From NCBI GenBank assembly GCA_963749075.1, contig CAVVLJ010000017.1, positions 96,001-160,000 of the forward strand: 64,000 nt of DNA, read 5' to 3'. This stretch comes from an uncultured Pseudomonadota bacterium. Its GTDB lineage: Bacteria > Pseudomonadota > Alphaproteobacteria > JACZXZ01. Below, piece after piece: positions 56,446 to 64,000 of this stretch. How positions within the stretch are numbered: the stretch's first letter is position 1; each line of letters begins with the position of its first letter. The translations under genes were made by a program, and so were the position numbers. A model generated the notes under the pieces. That model worked only from the letters and a program-made list of their open reading frames with translations. It searched no databases and was not told where the DNA came from.

Positions 56446-57429
56446 TCACGCGCCGACGATGCCGGGCTTGCGGTCGAAATTGTGGGTCGCCTCGATGAAG
56501 CGCACCGTGCCGGTCTTGGAGCGCATCACGATCGAGTGGGTGCGCCCGCCGCCGTGCCAGCGGCGCACGCCGCGCAGGAGCGAGCCGTCGGTGACCCCGG
56601 TCGCGGCGAACATCACGTCGCCGCTCGCCATATCCATGAGCCCGTATTTGCGCCCGAGATCGTCGATGCCGAGGCGGCGGGCGCGGCCTATCTCGTCGTC
56701 GTTGCGGAAGATGAGGCGGCCCTGCATCTGGCCGCCGATGCAGCGCAAGGCGGCCGCCGCCAGCACGCCCTCCGGCGCCCCGCCCGAGCCGAGATAGATG
56801 TCGACTCCGCTCTCCTTGAGCGCCGTGGCGATGACGCCGCTCACGTCGCCGTCGGAGATCAGCATGATGCGCGCCCCCGCCTCGCGCACTTTGGCGATGA
56901 GCTCGCCGTGGCGCGGCCGGTCGAGGATGCAGGCGACAAGATCGCCCACCTCGCACGCCTTGGCCTTGGCAAGACTGGCGAGGTTCGCCTTGGGCGCCGT
57001 TTCGAGATCCACGATGCCGTCCGGCAGCCCGCCGCCGACCGCGATCTTGTCCATATAGACGTCGGGCGCGTTGAGGAAGCCGCCGTGGTCGGCGACCGCG
57101 ATCACGGCGAGCGCGTTGGGCCCGCCCTTGGCGGTGATCGTGGTGCCCTCGAGGGGATCGAGTGCGATGTCCACCCTGGGCCCGTCGCCGGTCCCCACCT
57201 TCTCGCCGATATAGAGCATCGGCGCCTCGTCGCGCTCGCCCTCGCCGATCACCACCGTGCCCTCGATGCGCAGCCCGTTCAAGGCCGAGCGCATGGCGTC
57301 GACGGCGGCCTGGTCGGCCGCCTTCTCGTCGCCGCGCCCCATGAGGCGCGAGGCGGCAAGCGCCGCCCACTCGGTCACCCGCACAACCTCGAGCGCGAGG
57401 TTGCGGTCCATGCGCTGCACGTTGGCCAT
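56446..57429 (-). CDS. glpX: Class II fructose-1,6-bisphosphatase
   Basis: VIGEGERDEAPMLYIGE and DPLEGT. Confidence 0.96.
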   Translation of the reverse strand: MANVQRMDRNLALEVVRVTEWAALAASRLMGRGDEKAADQAAVDAMRSALNGLRIEGTVVIGEGERDEAPMLYIGEKVGTGDGPRVDIALDPLEGTTITAKGGPNALAVIAVADHGGFLNAPDVYMDKIAVGGGLPDGIVDLETAPKANLASLAKAKACEVGDLVACILDRPRHGELIAKVREAGARIMLISDGDVSGVIATALKESGVDIYLGSGGAPEGVLAAAALRCIGGQMQGRLIFRNDDEIGRARRLGIDDLGRKYGLMDMASGDVMFAATGVTDGSLLRGVRRWHGGGRTHSIVMRSKTGTVRFIEATHNFDRKPGIVGA

Positions 57430-57516
57430 TGTGTCCTCTTATGTCCTTGTCGCGGCGTTTCTTCCCCAGGGGCATCATAGCGCTTCCCGCCGCCGGAAGC
57501 ATGGGCGCGCGGCATA

Positions 57517-57615
57517 CCCCCCTCCCTACCCTCCCCCTCAAGGGGGGAGGGGAAGTGCATCGCATGGCAACAACATGCCCCCTCCCCCCTCGAGGGGGAG
57601 GGTTGGGGTGGGGGG
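57517..57615. repeat. G/C-rich palindromic intergenic repeat (copy 3)
   Basis: CCCCCCTCCCTACCCTCCCCCTCAAGGGGGGAGGGG...CCCCCTCCCCCCTCGAGGGGGAGGGTTGGGGTGGGGGG. Confidence 0.85.
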
Positions 57616-57641
57616 ACTGCTGCGCTCGATGACCCCGAGCA

Positions 57642-58952
57642 CTAAAGCGGCTCGATGCGGATCATGCGCGGCGGTTCCTTGACCGAGTCGAGGCGGGCGA
57701 TCTGCTGGAGTGCGCGCGACATTTTCGCTTCCTCGGTCTCGTGGGTGGTGAGCACGACCGGCACCGCCTCGTCGGGCGCCCGGGCGCGCTGGAGCATGGC
57801 CTCGAGCGACACCTCCTGGTCGCGCAAGGCCGCCGCCACGTCGGCGATCACGCCGGGACGGTCCACCACCATGAGCCGGATGTAATAGGCGCCGACGTGG
57901 CGCTCGATGGGTGCGCGCGGGGCGGCCTTGAGCTCGCGGGCCGGCACGCCGAAGGTGGGCGAGCGGCGGCCGAGGGCGATGTCGACGATGTCGGAGATGA
58001 CGGCGGAGGCGGTCGGGCCGGCGCCGGCGCCGCGGCCCTCGTATTCGGTCGTCTCGGCGAGATCGCCCTTGGCGACCACCGCGTTGAGCACGCCCTCGAC
58101 GTGGGCGAAGGAGGTCTCGAGCGCCACCATGCAGGGATGCACGCGCTGCTCGAGGCCGTGCGCGGTGAGGCGCGCGCTGCCGAGGAGCTTGATGCGGTAG
58201 CCGAGCTCCTCGGCGTATTTGATGTCGAGCGGCGAGACGTGGCGGATGCCCTCCATGTGCACGCCGGCGAAATCCACCTGGGTGCCGAAGGCGAGGCTTG
58301 CGAGGATGGCGAGCTTGTGCGCGGCGTCGATGCCGTCAACGTCGAAGCTCGGATCCGCCTCCGCATAGCCGAGGCGCTGGGCGTCGGCCAAGGCCGCCGA
58401 GAACTCGCGGCCGCTCCTGCGCATGTCGGTGAGGATGTAGTTGCAGGTGCCGTTGAGGATGCCGTAGACGCGCTCGATGCGGTTGCCGGCCAGGCTCTCG
58501 CGCAGCGCCTTCACGATGGGGATGCCGCCCGCGACCGCCGCCTCGTAGCTGAGGGCGACGCCCGCCGCCTCGGCCTTGAGCGCGAGCTCGCTGCCGTGGA
58601 GCGCGAGGAGTGCCTTGTTGGCCGTCACCACGTGGCGCCGGCGCTCGAGCGCCGCCTCGATCACCGCCTTGGCGATGCCGTCCGAGCCGCCGATGAGCTC
58701 GACCACCACGTCGGCCGGCGCCTCGCGCGCCATGGCGGCGGCGTCGTCGTACCAGGCGATGCCGGCGAGCGCCACGCCGCGCTCGCGCCGCCGGTCCCGG
58801 GCGCTCACCGCCGTGACCGCGAGCGGCCGGCCGCAGCGCTGCGCCAGGAGCTCCGCGTTCTTGGCGAGAGCCGCGAGCGTGCCGGCACCGACCGTTCCGA
58901 GGCCGGCAATCGCGATGCGCAAGGGCTTGCTCAAGAGCGGGGGCTCGCTCAA
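57642..58952 (-). CDS. hom: Homoserine dehydrogenase with ACT domain
   Basis: IAGLGTVG, VVTANK, ILNGTCNYIL and GYAEADP. TTG start is at 58952 or 58934. Confidence 0.95.
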   Translation of the reverse strand: MSEPPLLSKPLRIAIAGLGTVGAGTLAALAKNAELLAQRCGRPLAVTAVSARDRRRERGVALAGIAWYDDAAAMAREAPADVVVELIGGSDGIAKAVIEAALERRRHVVTANKALLALHGSELALKAEAAGVALSYEAAVAGGIPIVKALRESLAGNRIERVYGILNGTCNYILTDMRRSGREFSAALADAQRLGYAEADPSFDVDGIDAAHKLAILASLAFGTQVDFAGVHMEGIRHVSPLDIKYAEELGYRIKLLGSARLTAHGLEQRVHPCMVALETSFAHVEGVLNAVVAKGDLAETTEYEGRGAGAGPTASAVISDIVDIALGRRSPTFGVPARELKAAPRAPIERHVGAYYIRLMVVDRPGVIADVAAALRDQEVSLEAMLQRARAPDEAVPVVLTTHETEEAKMSRALQQIARLDSVKEPPRMIRIEPL

Positions 58953-60169
58953 GAGGCGGCGGTCCGCCGCTCGGGCGCGCCGGCGGCTTCGCCGGCAGCG
59001 CCGAGGAAGGCCTTGATGTTGCGCACGGCCTGGCGGATGCGGTGCTCGTTCTCGACGAGGGCTATGCGCACGAAGCCGTCGCCGTACTCGCCGAAGCCGA
59101 GGCCCGGCGAGACCGCGACCTCCGCCTCGGCCAAGAGGCTCAGCGAGAATTCCATGGAGCCAAGATGGGCGAAGCGCTCGGGGATCGGCGCCCAGGCGAA
59201 CATGGAGGCGGGCGGGCTCGGCACCGTCCAGCCGGCTGCGGCGAGGCCCTCGATCAGGATGTCGCGCCGGCGGCGGTAGCGCCGGCGCATCTCGTCCACG
59301 CAGTCCTGCGGGCCATTGAGAGCCGCCGTGGCCGCCACCTGGATGGGCGTGAAGGCGCCGTAGTCGGTGTAGGACTTGACGCGCGCAAGTGCCGCCACGA
59401 GCTTGCGGTTGCCGCTCATGAAGCCGATCCGCCAGCCGGCCATGGAGTAGGTCTTGGAGGTCGAGGTGAACTCGATGGCGACGTCCTTGGCGCCCTTGAC
59501 TTGCAGGACCGAGGACGGCGGCGGCCCGTCGAAATAGACCTCGGCATAGGCGAGGTCGGAGATGAGCCAGAGGCCGTGGCGGCGGCAGAAAGCCACGAGC
59601 TCCTCGTAGAACGCGAGGGTGGCCGTGCGCGCGGTCGGATTGGAGGGATAGTTGACGAGGACGGCAAGCGGCTTCGGCACCGAATATTGCACGGCGCGCG
59701 CAAGCTCGGCGAGATACTCGTCCTCCGAGACGAAGGGGACGTGCCGGATGGCGCCGCCCGCGAGGATGAAGGCGTAAGCATGGATCGGATAGGTGGGATT
59801 CGGCACCAGCACCACGTCGCCGGGGCTGGTGATCGCCATGGCGAGATTGACGAGCCCCTCCTTCGAGCCGATGGTCACGATCGTCTCGCTCTCGGGATCG
59901 AGCTCGACGCCGAAGCGGCGTGCGTAATAGGCGGCGTTCGCCCGCCTCAGGCCCGGGATGCCGCGCGAGGTCGAGTAGCGGTGCGTCTTGGGGTTCTGCA
60001 CGGTCTCGACCAGCTTGTCGACGATGTGCCGCGGCGTGGCCGCGTCGGGATTGCCCATGCCGAGATCGATGATGTCGCGCCCTTGCGCGCGGGCGCGCGC
60101 CTTCATCGCGTTCACCTCGGCGAACACGTAGGGCGGCAGACGCTTGATGCGGTAGAATTCCTGCTCCAT
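58949..60169 (-). CDS. PLP-dependent class I aminotransferase (AlaC/LL-DAP aminotransferase-like)
   Basis: FYRIKRLPPYVF, DLGMGNPD, DLAY and SKTYSMAGWRIG. Confidence 0.92.
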   Translation of the reverse strand: MEQEFYRIKRLPPYVFAEVNAMKARARAQGRDIIDLGMGNPDAATPRHIVDKLVETVQNPKTHRYSTSRGIPGLRRANAAYYARRFGVELDPESETIVTIGSKEGLVNLAMAITSPGDVVLVPNPTYPIHAYAFILAGGAIRHVPFVSEDEYLAELARAVQYSVPKPLAVLVNYPSNPTARTATLAFYEELVAFCRRHGLWLISDLAYAEVYFDGPPPSSVLQVKGAKDVAIEFTSTSKTYSMAGWRIGFMSGNRKLVAALARVKSYTDYGAFTPIQVAATAALNGPQDCVDEMRRRYRRRRDILIEGLAAAGWTVPSPPASMFAWAPIPERFAHLGSMEFSLSLLAEAEVAVSPGLGFGEYGDGFVRIALVENEHRIRQAVRNIKAFLGAAGEAAGAPERRTAAS

Positions 60170-60290
60170 GGCCTTCTTTGCCGACTCGCACGTCTTCCCG
60201 GCGGGGGGACGCCTATTTAGCCTCCGCCATGACGATTTTCGAGGAAAATCGTGACCCTTTCGCGATGATGGCTGCACGGCCGCCGTGGGT

Positions 60291-60451
60291 CCTTCGAGAC
60301 GCGCCCCCGGCGCGCCAAGCGCGCCTCTCTCGCATGATGCAAGAGAGCGGGCCTTCGGCCCGCGGGGCGCTCCTCAGGATGAGGCAGATTTGTGTGTGGC
60401 AGAAAGACTTTATCTCATCCTGAGGAGCGCGCGAAGCGAGCGTCTCGAAGG
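60291..60451. repeat. Palindromic element of a second family
   Basis: Outer arms CCTTCGAGACGC/GCGTCTCGAAGG and perfect 17-bp inner arms GCGCTCCTCAGGATGAG/CTCATCCTGAGGAGCGC. Confidence 0.8.
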
Positions 60452-60512
60452 GCGCACCGCAGCCGGTCCGAGACCCCTCTGACCACGCGACACCGCAGTT
60501 TGCCTAAGAGGC

Positions 60513-60836
60513 TCACGCGAGCTCGACCGGCTTGCCGTGAGGGGTGCGGCGGTAGGCCTCGGCCCAGGCCCGCTTGCGCGTGGCAAGGGCTCCCGGGTCG
60601 GCCAGCCCCTTCTCCCCGGCGAGGCGCTCGAGGGCGGCCAGCCAGTGGCGGTAATACTGGCTGCCGTCGCCCGCCTCGCCGCGCGCCTCCGCCGCCTTGA
60701 GCTCGGCCGCAAGTGCTGCCGTCCATTCGCGCCAGGTGAAATGCCCCGCCTCGGAGAGCGTCACGGCCATGGCGAAGGCCTGGGCTTGCCAGGGCTCGGC
60801 AAAAACCGGCCCGGCATCCTCGTTACGCGCGCTCAA
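60513..60836 (-). CDS. Nitrile hydratase accessory protein
   Basis: PVFAEPWQAQAFAMAV..L and YYRHWLAALE. Confidence 0.9.
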   Translation of the reverse strand: MSARNEDAGPVFAEPWQAQAFAMAVTLSEAGHFTWREWTAALAAELKAAEARGEAGDGSQYYRHWLAALERLAGEKGLADPGALATRKRAWAEAYRRTPHGKPVELA

Positions 60837-61482
60837 GATAGGCCTCCCAGAGATCGAGGCAGACCGCGTCCTGCGCTATTGCGGCCTCGCCCCAGAGCTC
60901 CTGTGCGGCGAAGCGCACGCCATAGAGATGCTGCGGCTCCTCGCCCAAGAAATGGGCACGCGCATCGGGGAAAACGTGCACGCCGTGATCGCGCTCGATG
61001 GTGCAGCACTTGCCGCGCGCGTAGCGCGGCAGGCGCGTATGGCCGAGGGGATTGATGTTGCGCGCGCGCACCGCTTGGCCCGGCTTGAAGCGCGGCTCGA
61101 CCGGCACGTCGCGGTTGGCGGGGGCGCCGCGGCCGAGCATGGGCTCGACCTTGTCCGGGGTCAGCGCGGGGGAGAGCCTGGCGGCGAGCGCGTCCGGCCG
61201 GCCGCTCTCGATTTCGCTAGCGCTCACCAGGCCGGCCTTGAGCGCCAGCGAGACGAGGCGCACGAGCCATTTCTCGTAATAGCTCATGCTGAGATATTCG
61301 GCGGGCGGGATGAGCTCGATCTCGTGGCGCGAGGCGTCGATGTTCCACTTGCGCCAGGCGCCCATGGCGAGGTTGAGCGCCAGCACGCGCGCCTCCCAGG
61401 GCGCATGGAACACGGGCTCGTTCCGCTCATAGGCGATGTCGCCCATGCCGTGCATGCCGCCCATGTCGTGGATGCCGTTCAT
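60823..61482 (-). CDS. nthB: Nitrile hydratase beta subunit
   Basis: [22 protein letters not shown] and DLWEAYLE. Confidence 0.95.
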   Translation of the reverse strand: MNGIHDMGGMHGMGDIAYERNEPVFHAPWEARVLALNLAMGAWRKWNIDASRHEIELIPPAEYLSMSYYEKWLVRLVSLALKAGLVSASEIESGRPDALAARLSPALTPDKVEPMLGRGAPANRDVPVEPRFKPGQAVRARNINPLGHTRLPRYARGKCCTIERDHGVHVFPDARAHFLGEEPQHLYGVRFAAQELWGEAAIAQDAVCLDLWEAYLERA

Positions 61483-62147
61483 GGGCGCGCGGCGTCCTTG
61501 GCCTTGTCCAGCGTCGCCTTGGCGACCCCGATCATGGCGTCGCGCGTGACGAGTGCCGCGAGCGCCGCCTCGTCCATGGCCTCGCTTCCCCCGGGACGCT
61601 CCGGCAGCACGAGGTAGCGCACCTCGGAGGTCGAGTCCCAGACGCGCACGGCCACCTCCTCGCCGAGCTCCAGGCCGAACTCGCGCAAGAGCCCGCGCGG
61701 GTCGATCACGGCGCGCGCGCGGTAGGGCGCCGATTTGTACCAGACGGGCGGCAGGCCGAGCACCGTCCATGGGTAGCAGGAGCAGAGCGTGCAGACCACG
61801 AGGTTATGGAGCTTCGGCGTATTCTCGACCGCGACCATGTGCTCGCCCTGGCGCCCGGTGTAGCCGAACTCGGCGATCGCCGCCGTAGCGTCCGAGAGGA
61901 GGCGCTTCTTGTAGGCCGGATCGGCCCAGGCGCGCGCCACCACGCGGGCGCCGTTCCTGGGCCCGACCTTGTGCTCGTACATCTCGACGATGGCATCGAG
62001 CGCCCGGGGGTCGACGAGCCCTTTCTCGACGAGGAGCGACTCGAGCGCCTTGACCCTGAGCGCGAGATCGGACGGCACGTCCGTTGCGGCATGCTCATGG
62101 CCACGCGCGTGATCGGGACCGTGAGGCTGCGTGGCCGGCGTGTCCAT
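61479..62147 (-). CDS. nthA: Nitrile hydratase alpha subunit (cobalt type)
   Basis: VCTLCSCY metal-binding motif; the Thr/Tyr variant marks the Co type. Confidence 0.96.
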   Translation of the reverse strand: MDTPATQPHGPDHARGHEHAATDVPSDLALRVKALESLLVEKGLVDPRALDAIVEMYEHKVGPRNGARVVARAWADPAYKKRLLSDATAAIAEFGYTGRQGEHMVAVENTPKLHNLVVCTLCSCYPWTVLGLPPVWYKSAPYRARAVIDPRGLLREFGLELGEEVAVRVWDSTSEVRYLVLPERPGGSEAMDEAALAALVTRDAMIGVAKATLDKAKDAARP

Positions 62148-62558
62148 GGCGAGCTCCAAGCTTCCCTAGCGCCGCATCCTAATGCACCTTGCCCGGACTG
62201 TCATGGCTCGGCGCCGATGGGGGCGTCCTATGGACGCCCTCGGCCGGCTCGGTCGGCGGCCGAGTTGCAAAACGGCAAGCGCCAAGGAAATACACGAATT
62301 TCTATGTAATTACGAATGTAAGAAAATCCAACGCCGCCGTTCAGTTTATACCTGGCCGTGACACAAGGCCTTGCACAAACTTGCTGCAAATTAAACCGTA
62401 TTTGCATGGCGCCGGCTTCGCCAGGCTCGCAGTAGTATTCTTTTATTTCGCCTGTTGTCCAGCATCCGATGGCGTTGGGCGACGGCGGTGCCTTCTCCGC
62501 CAGCATTGCCGAGGACGCATGCGGGCGGGCGGCGGGCGCGAGCAGGGAGTCGCACGAG

Positions 62559-64000
62559 ATGAGCCGAGGTCTCGGTCGCGAGCGGCAACGTGCCGCCAAG
62601 GCGGCTGCCGGGGGCCGCAAGCGCCGCGCGCGCGGCGGCGGCACGGCAGGCCCGCGCCGCGACGGGAGTGCCGCCAAGGACGCCGAGCAGGCGATCCGCG
62701 AGCGCGAGGAGCAGCTGCGCAGCATCGCCGAGAACCTGCCCGGCGTCGTGTTCCGCCGGCTGCTCAGGAGCGACGGGACGCTCGGCTATGCCTACGTCAG
62801 TTCGCGCGCGCGCGAGTTCTTCGGCGTCGGCGCCGAGGAGCTGCTGCGGGGCGAGGCGAAGATCGACCACGTCATGCACCCGGACGACCGCCGGCCCTTT
62901 TTCGAGGCCCTGCAGAAGTCGGCGCGCGAGCTCAGCCCCATGGTGGTCGATACCCGCTTCCAGCTGCCTGGCGGCGAGACGCGGTGGATGAGGTCGATGT
63001 CCCAGCCGCGCAGGCTGCAGAACGGCGACATCCAGTGGGACGGCATATCGCTCGACATCACGGAGCTCAAGACCCTGGCGGCCGCGCGAGATCACCTCGC
63101 CTACTACGACCAGCTGACCGGCCTGCCCAACCGCGCGCTGTTCGTCGACCGCCTGTCGCAGGCGTTGCTGCATGCCGGCCGTTCGGCCGCCAAGGCGGCG
63201 GTCATTTGCGTGGAGCTCGAAGCGCTCGACGACATCCGCGAAAGCCGCGGCTTCGCGGTCGCCAATGCGCTCATCGAAGAGGCGGCGGCCAAGATCGCCG
63301 CAGCACTGCGGCCGGACGATACCGTGGCGCATTATGGCGAGGGCCACTTCGCCGCCGTGCTCTGCGAAATCCGCAGTACGCCCGACGCCATGGTGCCCGT
63401 CCGGCGCCTCATCGAGACGTTCGACGAGCCCTTCTCGGTGAAGGGCACCGAGGTCTTCGCCAGGGCGCGCATCGGCATCAGCCTCTATCCCGACGACGCG
63501 GACCGCGCCGAGGAGCTGCTGCAGCACGCGAACACGGCGCTCGGCCGCGCCAAGTCGCTGGCCGCCCAGCGCTACGAGTTCTACAGCGCGCACATGGCTG
63601 CATCCGCCACGGCGCGCGTGAACATCGAGGCCGAGCTGCGCCGCGCCCTCGAGCGCGGCGAGATCGAGCTCTTCTATCAGCCCGTGGTCGATCCCGACGA
63701 GTATCGCATCATCGGCATGGAGGCCCTGGCGCGCTGGCGCCACCCGACGCGGGGCACGGTGCCGCCCGGCCTCTTCATCCCGATCGCCGAGCAGACCGGG
63801 CTCATCGTGCAGCTCGGCGAGCTCGTGCTGCGCATGGCGTGCGCGCAGACCGTGGCCTGGCGGCGCGACGGCATCTGCGACTTCCCGGTCTCGGTGAACG
63901 TATCGGGCTGGCAGCTCATGCACGAAGAGCTCGGCGACCGCGTCCTCGCCATCCTCGCCGAGAGCGGCCTTCCGCCGTCGCATCTCACGCTGGAGCTGAC
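62559..64000 (+). CDS. PAS - degenerate GGDEF - EAL protein (3' partial)
   Basis: AGGGAG RBS. PAS (HPDDR, WDG..LDITE), YYDQLTGLPNR, GGDEF site reads YGEGHF, intact GMEALARW; frame open to the window end. Confidence 0.9.
   Translation, partial: MSRGLGRERQRAAKAAAGGRKRRARGGGTAGPRRDGSAAKDAEQAIREREEQLRSIAENLPGVVFRRLLRSDGTLGYAYVSSRAREFFGVGAEELLRGEAKIDHVMHPDDRRPFFEALQKSARELSPMVVDTRFQLPGGETRWMRSMSQPRRLQNGDIQWDGISLDITELKTLAAARDHLAYYDQLTGLPNRALFVDRLSQALLHAGRSAAKAAVICVELEALDDIRESRGFAVANALIEEAAAKIAAALRPDDTVAHYGEGHFAAVLCEIRSTPDAMVPVRRLIETFDEPFSVKGTEVFARARIGISLYPDDADRAEELLQHANTALGRAKSLAAQRYEFYSAHMAASATARVNIEAELRRALERGEIELFYQPVVDPDEYRIIGMEALARWRHPTRGTVPPGLFIPIAEQTGLIVQLGELVLRMACAQTVAWRRDGICDFPVSVNVSGWQLMHEELGDRVLAILAESGLPPSHLTLEL

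Noticed and set aside
57642-60191. Apparent long fusions in the ORF track (849-aa Hom, 759-aa CcoO, 616-aa ABC ATPase, 627-aa FeS subunit, 1064-aa Wzc)
   Set aside because: The N-terminal extensions are out-of-frame readings of neighbouring genes; the true starts are internal.

Overview
A 64 kb chromosomal segment from a high-GC Alphaproteobacterium, probably Rhodospirillales-like (inferred from gene content and repeats). It is mostly metabolism and housekeeping: aldehyde dehydrogenase, peptide ABC transporter, Pit transporter, cytochrome bd (cydP-A-B, no cydX), the complete cbb3 locus (ccoNOQP-GHIS) with hemN, a Mo-hydroxylase (FAD/FeS/Mo), tRNA-Glu, recJ-glpX-hom-aminotransferase, a Co-type nitrile hydratase and a partial PAS-GGDEF-EAL gene. 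The main theme is microoxic/redox adaptation: two high-affinity oxidases, three FNR/FixK boxes, a heme/ferredoxin-fused adenylate cyclase and an orphan Rieske protein. Best leads: (1) an unannotated 58-aa two-helix protein ending the cco operon, resembling the N-terminal hairpin missing from this CcoN; (2) a coupled cluster of small genes, one carrying a stand-alone IF2-like motif; (3) a HigBA module between two copies of the last 131 bp of the Mo-subunit gene, next to a second toxin-antitoxin pair and tRNA-Glu; (4) an sxtJ-sxtK-sxtI-like carbamoylation trio; (5) a secreted protein paired with a CHASE2 cyclase; (6) a single-base frameshift at the end of the CLC gene; (7) a truncated binding-protein gene ending in a 12-bp tandem repeat; (8) G-rich palindromic intergenic repeats. 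No CRISPR array, integrase or transposase was seen. Family assignments come from motifs recognised by eye; no database searches were run.
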